Assembly: GCA_039545335.1 (NCBI GenBank)
Contig: BCIN01000003.1
Span: 2,055,060 to 2,119,059 of the forward strand
Origin: Kondoa subrosea
Taxonomy: Eukaryota
Reading direction: 5' to 3'
Length of the DNA: 64,000 bases
Shown: positions 25,769 through 37,871 of the stretch, piece after piece
Position numbering within the stretch: position 1 is the first letter of the stretch
How the letters are laid out: each line of letters begins with the position of its first letter
Made by a program: the position numbers and the translations under genes
Notes under the pieces: model-generated
The model's input: only the letters and a program-made list of their open reading frames with translations
Told to the model about the DNA's origin: nothing
Databases searched by the model: none

Positions 25769-28700
25769 TCATTTCGCCAGCGTCTTGACACTACTGGGCG
25801 ACTTGACTACTCTCTCCTTCTTCTCCTCTTCTCCTCTTCTTTCTTCTTCCCCATATCCACCACCTCCAGGAGTGTCTTTGCCAGAGAATCAGTTCGATCT
25901 TAGTAAGCTGGCCTTCAAGCTTACTGATAATGAAATGATCACCGACGCCAACTGTAAATTCTGCTTTTCCGCCAACGTTGATATCTCGATAACTTCCGTC
26001 TTCCATCTTCTTCCGCCAGGTATTGAAGCCTTTCTGACCAGGCGAACCTCCTTTGATGCCGAAAGGCGCGATGCTACGATACTCGTAAGCTTCGCGCTGC
26101 GACAAACGGACGCTTGGCGAGCTTTGACTTACACGCGACGTTCAGACAGAATTGCTGCGTCTATGCTTTTCCGGAACTGCCACAATGTCAGCGATGAGCA
26201 GTACTCCCTCTTCACAACTACTCACCTCGAAATGCCTGGTTGTTCCTGATCCACCATGGAACTTCCCTTTTCCGCCAGAACCTTCTCTGACACTGAACTC
26301 ATGGATAATGACAGGGTAACGTCTCTCTATAATCTCAGCATCACCGATCGCAGTATTCGTCATATGACATTGTACACTAGTGCGCTCAATTCAGCTCAAT
26401 CGTATATACGATTGACTCTGGCTTACCCGGATTGACCATGCCAATTAGGTCCAGCTCCAGCTCCGCCTGCAATTGTTTCGTAGTAACCGAAACCTTGAGT
26501 AACTTCACCAGTCTGTTGATTTTTGCCGCCATATCCGAAGGTCAGGTTGTTGCAAGTACCTTGAGAAGCAGCAGCAGCTTCGAAGGCCTTCAAGATAACA
26601 TCTGCGATTCGCGAAGACGTTTCGACATTTCCAGCAACAGTTGCGACGTCTCCGCTAGGCGACAAGAGCGTCCCAGATGGAATCTTCAGCGTTATCGGTG
26701 CTAGGCAGCCTTGGTTCAGAGGAATGGGAGAAGAAATTAGAGAACGCAAGACATATAGAATTGCACTGTAGACGACCGCGGTTGGCGTATTTAGATTGCC
26801 ATGTACCTGGGCTGAAGTTCCGGTGAAATCGAAAACAGCCTTTCCACTTTCCTGGTCGATCTAAAGAAAGAACTTTAAGTGAGGAAAATAGAAAGAAACG
26901 ATGTACGCACTTCGATCTTGAGACAGATTTCAGACCCGTCATCCATGAAATCACAGGCTTGTAGAGCTGAACCTTTGAACTTCTTGCTGATATCCTTTAG
27001 GAGTTTGAGGACAGCTTGTTCCGCGTTGTTTTGGATAGCGAGCATATACTTCTGTACGATAGGTAGGCTGTATTCAGCGATTAAAGCACGTATGAGACTA
27101 GCACCGCGGTAATTAGCGCTGCATTGTGCTCTCAGATCTGAAAGATTGTCCGCAAGAGTTCTTGTACCGCTACATCCGGGATACTGAGCAGGGTCATCGA
27201 GAAGGGCTTTTGTCACTTCTTCTTCAGCAAAATGGCCACCTTTAACAAGCTTGAAAGTCTTAAAAATTGCTCCCTCTTGCCAAATGTATTTGCTGGTCGG
27301 TGGCATAGATCCAGCTCGTATGCCTCCAATATCGGCGTGATGCTACGAGAGTATATTAGTCACACAGCGCGTAGCATCATGTAATAGCCATACAGCTCTA
27401 GACGCTGTCCAAAAAACGATTTTACCATCGTGGAAAGCTGGAGAGATAACAGTAAAATCGGGAAGGTGAGATCCACCAGCCGTACTGTTGAGGAGAGGAG
27501 GGAGGAGGTTTTAGATCTCGTATGCACAGTCACAGAGCATATAAAATCGCATACGGATGATTCGATAGCAGCACATCACCTTCCAACAAATTGTTTTTCC
27601 AATATTCAGCTTGAAAGCTGACAGCTTTGGACATTGCGCCTAGGTGGACTGGAATCGCTGGCGCGTTAGCACAGAGACCGCCGTCCGGCGAGAATAGAGC
27701 ACAAGAGCTGAACAGAAGCTTTCAGTATCCCATCGTTCAATTTTGATTCCAGCATACAAGTCAAGTCTTTCCTTGATGTTAGTACTGATACTCGTTTGCT
27801 GAAGAGTGTCTCCCATTTGCTCGGCGATAGACATGAAGCTGTTACTGCATCAGTATGCATATCATGCAATGGGGTTGGCCTACCGATGCGAAAAGACGCC
27901 TAAAGCAATGGGATCAATCTTGTAGTCAGCTTCATTCACACTTTTAGTTGGTTCTTCGACCCGTTCGATGATAATATGCTTTGAAAGAGCTAAGGCAGAG
28001 AAGGTAGGCTCGATTAAAATAGTTTGAGTTTCATCATAGATGATAGCTGGACCAAGGAGTTCGTCGCCTGGTACCATATCTGCCAGAGCAACAAGCTTGG
28101 AGTCTTGCCAGCCGACATCCTCGAAGAAGATAGATTGACTGTTACAGTCTTTTGCGAAACGTTGACGCTTTATATTGTTCAGCTCGGCATAGGGAGTCTT
28201 GTTTTCAGATGAAGGGGAAAGACCGAGCGCTCGCACTCTCACGCTAGCAACCATCACATCACGATTCTTCAGTATGAAGCCAAAGAGATCATAGTGCTGA
28301 TCACAGAAAGACTTGACGAGATCTACCCCTGGCTCAGCTTTGACCATCAGCTGTGTGGTAGCTTTGGCGAAATGACAGCTGTAAAAGATTTGAGCTTCAA
28401 TAGATTCATCGCCGAACCCTTGTTTTTTCAGCTCTTCAATGCCTTTTTGTTTGAGAGCAGCTTGATGTTCATCTAGTTTCTTGTTGTTTGAGCTAGAAAG
28501 GACGGTGGAAACTGCTTCTTGCAAGTCGACCGCGACGTCAGACAAGGCCATACCATAGGCGCTGAGAATAGAAGAAAAGCGAGGGATGCTGTATAGCCAC
28601 GTAAGATTGATCACATACAACGGCGAGTCAAAGCCTACATAGAACGTTTGATTCCAAGAGACTTAGCAATCGCACAAGCTACTTGACCGCCGGCACCGCC

Positions 28701-30492
28701 AAAAAGTACCAAATTGTGTGAAGCGGTGGAGTAGCCCCTAGCTTCTGTCAATGTTCGCACTGGTCGGCACATAGCTTCGACTCCAACGCGTACGAAACCT
28801 AGAGCAACTTCTTCAACTGATAATTTCTCTGCTTTGCCGGAATTGATCTCATCGGCGAGAGTCTCAAAGGCTCGACGAGTTGCGTCCACATCGAGAGGTT
28901 CATTTTCTTTGGGTCCAAAGATATTAGGGCTACCGATGTTATCTGAGTAGAGCCGAGCGATAATGTTCTGAAACACTCACAAAGCCGAAACCACCAATCT
29001 TCCTAGCTGGAGATTGGCATCTGTGACAGCAAGAGAGCCTTCTTTCCGATAGGCCACGGGTCCCGGATGTGCTCCAACACTCTCGGGCCCAACAACGAAC
29101 ATTCCGTTCTTAAAAAACAGCCTTGAACCCCCTCCCGCCGCGACGGTGTTTATATTGAGCTGAGGTGCAGAGATGATGACTTGTGCAGTGACTGATTCGA
29201 AAGTACTTTGACAGAGCGTTAGGGCATGCCAATCTTTGACAGAATGACCTTACTGATCTAATTCGCCATTGAAACGACTGACATCTGTACTAGTACCTCC
29301 CATATCAACAGCGATGAGAGGTATCCGAGCTTCTTCGTCATAACAGGTTTTGGTATAACCTATCACCCCACCGGCCGGCCCGCTTCTACAGCAGTCAAGG
29401 AGCATTGAAATGAGCGAACAAGGACGTTGCTAATGAAGAATCCCATGACATACAGAATAGCGCGAAGTCCAGACTGAAGAAGGTAATTTAGTGATGGCTC
29501 ATTTCATCCAATTGAGGGAGGCTAACAAAGTTTTCCCAATTCGTTAGACCGCCGTCACTCTGCATCAACAAGCTATAGATATGATGTCAGAGACGCTCAG
29601 TACAGTACAATAGAAGAGAGATATACAGCTTTGAGCCAAAAGCACCCAGACCGCCCTCAAAGCCGCTGGCAAAGTTTTCGATATACGTCCGAGTGATAGG
29701 ACTAAGATATGCATCTGCAACTGTCGAGTTTGCTCTGGCAATGATCTTGATCAAAGGTTGAAGCTCATGGGAAACAGAGACTGAGAAGCCTTTGTCTCTT
29801 GCTAAACCAGCTACAAGCTTCTCGTGAACGTCGTATGTGTAAGAATGCAGAAGTGCAAGAGCGATCGAGCGGAATCCATCCTGCCAGAGTTCTTCCAGCT
29901 TTTTTTTGATATGTTCTTCACTTGGTCTTCTCAGAATACGCACAATCTCTCCGGTTGACCCATATAGAAGATCCTTGTCACTATCTACATCAATTTCCTC
30001 TTGCAGCGGATCTTCGGTAGAGCTTTCCAAAGTGACCCGCTCGTTCAGTTCTATAACCTTCTCATATAGTAAAGCAAGCTTCTTGATAGATAGATCAAAT
30101 ATATCCGGTCTTGCTTGCATGCCGATACGTAGGACATCTCGATAGCCAAAAGAAGTAATGAGAGCACAACGTTCACCTTTCCGTTCAAGCAAAGCATTCG
30201 TAGCAACTGTAGTTCCGACACGAACGGATTCTACTTGATCCAGGGGGATTTTCTTGCCTCGAGGAACAGCAGACCCAGTGAATTGTTCAATAACCCGACG
30301 AATGCCTTCCGTCGGTGCATCTTTGTAATTTCCAGGATCAACAGAGAGAAGCTTGAGAATGATCTCTTCTTTGCCAGGACAAGAGGCATGAACGTCTGTG
30401 AATGTGCCGCCCCGATCTATCGCAATTCGAATGCCTTTAACTGTCTTGATAGCTTCGATTTGACCATTTCGATGCGCTTCAGTTTCATGCAT
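25769..30492 (-). CDS. OXP1: 5-oxoprolinase (hydantoinase A/B fusion)
   Basis: [69 protein letters not shown]. Confidence 0.93.
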
Positions 30493-30726
30493 TGCTCAAC
30501 GGCAGCATAAGTCAGACAATGTGTGTTCTTCTGATCGCTATGTGAAATCCAAGAGTGTTGCCAGTTTCGTGAGACAATACTATGCTGATTATGTAAGACG
30601 GTTGATTGAAGTCAACAATCACAGAGGCATGTTTTTGGGAACATCGACATGCCATTTCAGTATCTTGGTATCTAAATTGCGTGATATACACCCCCGAATG
30701 TTACAATGAAAAATGGTGGACGCAAA

Positions 30727-32052
30727 TCAGTCCGACAAGGTCAGATCAATAGGTTCTGCTTTGGTTGCTTTCTTCAAGCTTTTGATGTTTGGCTTCTCTT
30801 CTTTCTTGACTCGTTTGGCCGGGGGCTGTTGCTTAGTCAGGTTAAGAAGGGTAAGCATTCTGAATCCTGGGTCCGCTCACATCATCGTCCGCATCAATAT
30901 CAATGACTGTTCTCGCCGAATTTGCTGCCGTTGAAGTAGAGGGAGAAGCTACTGGCCTCGCTACAGCTGTCGGTAGAGCTGTCGAAGCCAGTCTAAGCCG
31001 ATCATCGCAAACGATCATCGCGAGACCTTACGCGGCAGAAGATCCATCAGCTCGAGCATGCTTCGACCTCGATAGTCTACAGACGTCGAATAAACAAAAG
31101 GCATCGAATACGCTCGAGATTGCATGTAACTCACTAAAGCGGAAAGTAAGCACGGGCTCAGGATCCAAGTCGGTGGTTCGAACATGTCCTCTGATTGCAC
31201 CTCCTGGCACAGCAACCGTTGATGATCCGGCTAAGAATTGAATGGATGCTTTTTTGGACTTCTCGTCGAATCTAGAAATGGCTTCAATGAATTGTCACTT
31301 GAATACTTGACTCGCAACAAACGTCATAGAATGGGTATCCAGCTTGTTCTTTCGCCTCGAGTGGTTTGGAACTTTCGCTTCGCCGGCCAAAACGCGATGT
31401 AGACGGACGTCGATGATACCCAAGTTTTTGGTCACAGTCTCACTGGCGTTGACTTGAGTTTCATCATCTTCAGACACCGAGCGGCAGTCAGAAAGATAAT
31501 GTAGCTGCAGATACGAGGAAACTACCAGTCACCCGCATGCTAGAGAATTTGAAAGGATAGTGTGAATGGTTGGGCGCCCTGATTGCAGAATTAGTAGGTA
31601 GACTCTGTTAGAGCGAGAGATATGCTGACGAAGTGCCCTGACAAATCCCGCGTAAATTGCCCTCTCTCAGTACCAGGGTGGTAGCCTTCTGTGAGTTCAA
31701 ATAGATACGACATGACATCGCAGTCGCTCGATACATGGGCTGAGTGAGCGCGCGATCTACTGAGATCTGAGGAGCGAGAAATTAGGACTTAAAGCAGACA
31801 GTCAGGTGCCCATACACTGAAAATCTGGTCTGCATGAGATTCAATGAAGCATTCCACCAGCTTATCACTCTTGATTTCTGTCTTGTATTCTGAAACAGCA
31901 ACTCCATTGATCCTAAGTAATAAGTGGACAAAGTAAGAAACACCGGAACCTGGTCAAAACTAGCGCACAGAATACAGCAGGTCGCGCCTTGAAACGTGCT
32001 ATATGAATGCTTCAGCCAGAGGAGTAGGTCAGCAAGGCAGGACTTACGGCAT
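30727..32052 (-). CDS. DUF7918-like protein, tandem paralog 1
   Basis: MP|intron start, INGVAVSEYK..VECFIES, LGIIDVRLHRV, FDEKSKK, FRFS, ends EPIDLTLSD*. Confidence 0.7.
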
Positions 32053-32176
32053 TTCAGAAGAGCCCAATGCAGGCTGTCTCAGAAAAACAAACGTCTGCGC
32101 GTCATGAAAAATGGTCCAACTCGAGGCAGAGAATCCGATACGACTGAGCGGTAAGCAATTCATTCTCTAACCCGGA

Positions 32177-33458
32177 TTAATAATCACTCTCAGAATTATC
32201 GATACTTAAGTGAATTGGCTCATGCGCAACACAAACCGCAGAACTGCTACTTTGTACCGCACTCCGGTCGAGCTTGACCCGTTTTGCAGGACGCTGAGAT
32301 GAATGAGTCAAGCCAAAGCGCGAGTTGGTGAGACAAACCTCAACTTGCTCCTCACCTGGTAGGTCGACATTGCTATTGTCCTCTCTACCGTTTTCTCGCG
32401 AGCTGTAGTAGAAGTACATGTCAGAATACTTTCGGATAGATCGAAGAGGCGTGCATGAGACGATATCGAGCATTTCCAAAATGCCCTTAGCACGATAATC
32501 TGTTTGACCTTCAGCTAAACATTTTGACCGTGACGATGAAATTTACCCACGGAATTCGAATGATAGCCTGTCAACATCCGCGACATTTGCCGAAACATAT
32601 CTTGGATTTCTACCTGTTCGTGTTGGCGAGGAACTGCAGCCAGCAACATGCTGTAAAGATGCAGCCTTCTTCGAGTCCTCTTGGAAGCTGAGAGAGAATC
32701 AGCAAGAATAATTCTTATATATCACAACTGCTCACATCATGCTTGCTGCATCGGGTTTCGATGGCGAAACGACCGACATACCACACATTTCTTGCGATCC
32801 GACAGAAACGAGCTTCACTTTGATGGTACCTAGGTTCTTAACAACAGTTTGAGTTGCGTTGACCAGCCAAGCGTCGTCTACATCCGAGACTTAGATGTGC
32901 TGAAACATCGGAACAGTATAAGTTCAACCTGAGAGCTGTATATTGCTCCACTCGAAAAGAGCGCGAGTATCGATGCCAATTCTGTGGCGAAGCATCAGCC
33001 ATCGTTTGATGTTAGACAGCCGAATCTCACCTCCAACCCTTCTTTTCGCTCCGTAGTCTGTCGTTCTGCAGTAAGAGGCTAGTGGACCTCACACCATCAA
33101 GATAGATTCTGCATGACAAGTCTTTGTCGCGATAGTCTTCTCCAGCATGTGCTCGGTCGACTGAGATCTGTTTGTCAAAGGTCTGATCCAAGTTGCTCAA
33201 ATCTCCGAGCAACGCCAGCGTACGCTGAAATTTTCGCCTGCCGTGGATTCGATATAGCACTCGATTTGCACATCAGATTTGCGCTCTATCTTGTATTCAC
33301 GTATAACGACACCATCAATACTAAAAGAGTAGCAGTGAGAAGCAGCACAGATTTACTTTGGCACTACGCGTACAGAATCGATACAGTAGCACCACGTAGG
33401 ATACTGTACGCTATATAAGTTGCGTACACAGGCAGGTAGGAAAGTAAACACACGGCAT
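32177..33458 (-). CDS. DUF7918-like protein, tandem paralog 2
   Basis: MP start, IDGVVIREYK..IECYIESTAGENFS, LSCRIYLDG, LGTIKVKL, ends PIHLSIDNSESDY*. Confidence 0.7.
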
Positions 33459-33942
33459 TGATAGTTTTCGGACTGAAATGTTTTGGGTTTGAGTAGCAAG
33501 AGTGGTTGGAGTAGAAGAAGAAGAAAAGTTTCAGAAAAGAAGAAGAGGCCATAGCTTCATCTGAGCTGGCAGCCATTGTCAGACCTGAGGTTGAGAAATG
33601 CATCCGCCGGTTCTAAAAAGAAAAATATTGACAGCGGGACAGCAAGGAAAGCTCCATTGTAGAAGGCAGAGGATCATCACTGATGACCAGCTTTCGATCA
33701 GTGATGCTATCGCGGTTGATCAGAAATCTCACAAATAGTTTTTGTTAAGATTGAGCATTTTTAGGTACTGCAATATGTTGGACAGAGCGAGTGGCACTAC
33801 TTGCACTGTTTTATCCACAAGAACGTCAATTGCAGAAATCCTGAAGATGAAGGCCCTCGGAAAGTAGATATTTTACAGCTTACTGCAATAACGCGGTACA
33901 TATACACGGTTGTTCGACCAGCGACCACCTTATCATGTGCTA

Positions 33943-35193
33943 CTAGTCGGAATCAAGTGTAAGATCCACTTGATTAGCTTTTGTAGCAGGTTTGACGTCT
34001 TGTCTGCTGGAAGACGATCCGCCAGCCTCTTGTTTGACTTTTGGTTCCTTTTCCGTCTTCACACGCTTAGCGACGGGCTGTGCAAAGGTTCTCGACATGA
34101 GATGCGGTGCAAGTCAGGACTTACGAGACATACCTCCTCATCGGAATCGTCAATATTCAATACAACTCGAGAAGGGCCAGCCGCAGCAGCTGGTATGGGA
34201 AGTGCTGCTTGAAGAGAGCCGTCAGAGTGCAAAAAATAACTAAAAGACTAGACTAACGAGGAAGAATATCCATAATTTCCAGCATATCTCTCCCGCGATA
34301 ATCTGCCTAGAATAAGGGAGATAAGTAGACTTTTGCGAAACACTCACTAAATCGGATTGTTAGGGTAAGCTCGGTAGGCAGCTTCTCGGTACGATTGAAA
34401 TCGATACGCTTTCCGCCAGGTACAGGTTGAGAGGCACAACCAGCAACGTGTTGAATACCCTTTTTGGCCTTCTCATTGAACCTGCGAGGGAAAATGTCAG
34501 CTTAGTGAGAACACACAGAGAAAACGCACACTATGTCCGAGCTAGATTGATTGCTTATAGCATTGGACGAGCTTTCTCCCATAACTACGACACGCCAAAA
34601 CTGGATTTCCACAGAGCCGAGACCCTTGATGATCTTCTCATCAACATACCCAACATCCTCATCGTCTGTCAATGATAATTAGATGAGTCTAGGGTTTTGT
34701 GAAGTTCTGGTCACCTGTCAATTGTATTGCCGAGAATTGAAAAGGCAGGCATTGGGTAGCATTGAGACTAGACGCGAACATTCAGCGAACTTGTACCACG
34801 GTAGGTTGGACGTACACTTTTCCCTTGCGCTCAGCCCGCATCGTGCCCTCCAAAAACAGAGGTCTACTCATAACACACGAATCAAGTAGGATGTCGCTAG
34901 CCAGAGCGCAGTATCTATATTCCGGATGGGCACAATATCGATCTAGGACAATAGAACTAACCCGTTTGAATCAATTTCGTATATCATCGCAATAGACCAG
35001 GACATACAACTGTTTCCCACTCTCGCTTTCAAGGAAACATTCAACGAGCTGAGGATTCTTCTGCTCCACCTTGTACTCTGGTACAGCAAAACCGTTGATC
35101 TGGCAAGGTATGAGATTGAGCACGGACGCATAGACCGCTCTGATCAGTGATACAGACAAGAATCGAGGCTTTGATGCCGTTGATGGATGGCAT
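33943..35193 (-). CDS. DUF7918-like protein, tandem paralog 3
   Basis: MPSINGIKASIL, INGFAVPEYK..VECFLESESG, ends NQVDLTLDSD*. Confidence 0.7.
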
Positions 35194-35495
35194 CGTGACA
35201 AAGGACAGACACCAGTGCAATTCGTAAGGAGAGCGGCTATGCAAGGCAGCTTGCTGAGATGGCAGTGAAATCGCAGAAACAACAGTGCAAAGCAGCGAGA
35301 GCGCGTTGGCAAGCCTTAGAAGGCTCAATGTCCACTAATCCGATGTATACGAGCGCTATAGCAATCGAAAGAGGTTTGGCCGTTCAGTACCGAGAAGCAT
35401 TTGCAAACAACAGCATAGAAAAGTGGATTACATAATACATATTTCACACTCGACACTCGACACCCGTAACTCTTCTTCTTCCTCCTGTCCCCCTA

Positions 35496-36856
35496 CTACT
35501 CTCCATCGCTATCCAAAGTCAGATCAACCACACCATAATTGACCTTTTGCTTCTTTTGCGGCGACAACAGCTGGATCTCGTCATCGTCTTCCCTCTCCAC
35601 TTTCACTAAAGTTCGTCTGAGTTCTTCATTCTCTTGCTTGACTTTCATAAGTGCGGTCTGTAAGTCAGCCATTCTCTTTCAGCATTGGATATCCAATGCA
35701 AAAAAGAGACTGGAAAAACTTACCTGTAAATCTTCGTTTGCTGTACAGCTGACCGCACTAGCTGCTGGTGAGCCTGCTGGAACCGAAGAAGCTATAGAAG
35801 CAGATGGAGGTGGTCGATAAGCATATTGAGATCTCGGTCGAGCTGTAAACAACATTTTCAGCACCTCCTGTAGGCCAAGTTGCAGTGAAGGGGCTTACGT
35901 GGTGCTATTTCTTGTGCTTCCAATAGATCTCGCGATCGGTACTCTATAATGATGATTCAGCATAGCGAACTCAGACTGTGAGCGGAAAGGAAGAAGGCTC
36001 ACTGAATCGAAACACTTGAACAGGTTTCTCATCCAGATCTTGCGTTGAAAAGGATTTGCAAGGATTACAATCTTTGACCACACTTGAAACTCCAGCACAA
36101 TGAGCTAAAGTTGCTTTTTTGGATTTCTCATCAAAAGTCATGCTTGATGTATCGTTCAAAGGTTTCACTTCCCCAAACCCACTCTTTGGTCGGATCAAGA
36201 CACGATGAATATGTACCTCGATCGTCCCTAGCGCTTTCACGATTTGTTCGTTGTTGACTACTTGATCTTCTTCGTCTGTCAGATGAAAATGCACTAAATT
36301 GAGCTGAATGTATCGCACAACGGCACCTCCACTGACCACTAAGCTTGATCTTGCTGAACTGAAAAGGACGAAAGCCCTGTGCGCCTATACTACGCTGATA
36401 GATCAGACAGTGTCCCTTCTTTCGAAGAGGTTGTGAGCATACAGGTTTCCTTTCCTCTGCCCCTGTATTCGACCAGCTTGTAATAGTAACGAAGACATGC
36501 GTATTGAGTCGAGGTAGATCCGACAACTTAGATGACATCCTGTACGATATCTCTGGATAAGCTGCTTGAGCAAGATCAGAATCCATGCGTACCAGAGAAA
36601 GCGTTCCCTCGATTAACAGATATCTATCTATATAATCAGCCTACATTCAATTCTAAAACTTTGACGTGGGCCATACAGAGAAATCTTGGCCTGCTCTTGA
36701 TTCAATGTAGGCATCTATCCTGTCGTTGGTTTCCTCGACTTGCCATTCTTCTGTTGGTTGGTCATTGATCTTGATTCGTACATCAATATCCCGAAAGAGT
36801 CTGTGTCCTGCTTATCAGGCTTGCTTGGTGATAGAAGAGATTGCTGCATACGGCAT
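35496..36856 (-). CDS. DUF7918-like protein, tandem paralog 4
   Basis: MP|intron, KINDQPTEEWQ..DAYIESRAGQDFS, RPFQFS, LGTIEVHIHRV, FDEKSKKA, ends GVVDLTLDSDGE*. Confidence 0.75.
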
Positions 36857-37105
36857 CGCTGTGGAATCGCGAGGAGAATAGCAGGAGATCCTTGCGTCTG
36901 GATTGAGGTATTACAGCTCAGGTTTAAACTGGAATATCGGCCAAAGAATCAGGCATACGCCAAAGTGCTGGGTGCTTCCCAAGGTACTCACTAATATGAG
37001 TTTAGGAAGACAAGATGCATTTACAGGCTTGCAGGTGAATCGGATGCTAACAGACATATGCATAATAATACAGCGACATCGTTACAACCTTAATGAACAA
37101 CCCTT

Positions 37106-37779
37106 TCAACCCCGTTTCCTCTTAGATCTACCTTCATCTTCAGACTGAGCACTACTGATTCCACCCTGCGCTTTCATCTCCAGTGACTGTATAGCATATG
37201 TGTAAGTAAGTACTGCGGCGTGTAGGGATAAGAGCGACGAGAACTAACCCGCTGGAAAGACTCGGACGAGTTTGAGAATATACGGTCTTCCTGGCTAATA
37301 GAGTCGGCTTGAAAGTTTCCATACATGCTCGCTCGACCTCTTTTCCTTTCACTTGCTGAAGATTGAACTACTGAAGCTGCTTTCAGGTAACTATCGTAGC
37401 CTTTGACCACATTGCCAAAAGATGCCGAGCCAAGAACGCCTGTGCCCAATCAGCTGAATGACCAAATAGTAGACGCGTGTTAGACTGACTGTTTTCATTT
37501 GCAGGCGGAGGTGAGAGGTAAGAAGTTTCAAAGTTGAAGAGCGTATGTTCCGTTGTAGCCTGTACACTTGATCATGAAAACGCAGCTTAAAAGCAACACA
37601 TCACATGAGCGTACGAGATCTCTATCCATATCTCTCTTGCGCTGCAGAGCTGCTCTGAGATTTTGTTTAGCTTGATCCAAATATCGCTGCAAGTCTTGCT
37701 GCGAGGCATCTGCTGGAATTCCATTGGTCTTGGTCTGATCTGATGGAGCTGCAGGCTCTGCTTTGCCTGGGACAGCCAT
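37106..37779 (-). CDS. EAF6: NuA4 histone acetyltransferase subunit Eaf6
   Basis: LRAALQRKRDMDRDL, FETSYL, GNVVKGYDSYLK, EDRIFSNSS. Confidence 0.85.
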
Positions 37780-37871
37780 TGTCGACCCAGAATACAGATG
37801 TGCTCGTCCAAGAGCAACCTTGTGTTTTCGAAATCTCTTGAGGCTTGCTGCAAGACCGCCATGCTCATTAC

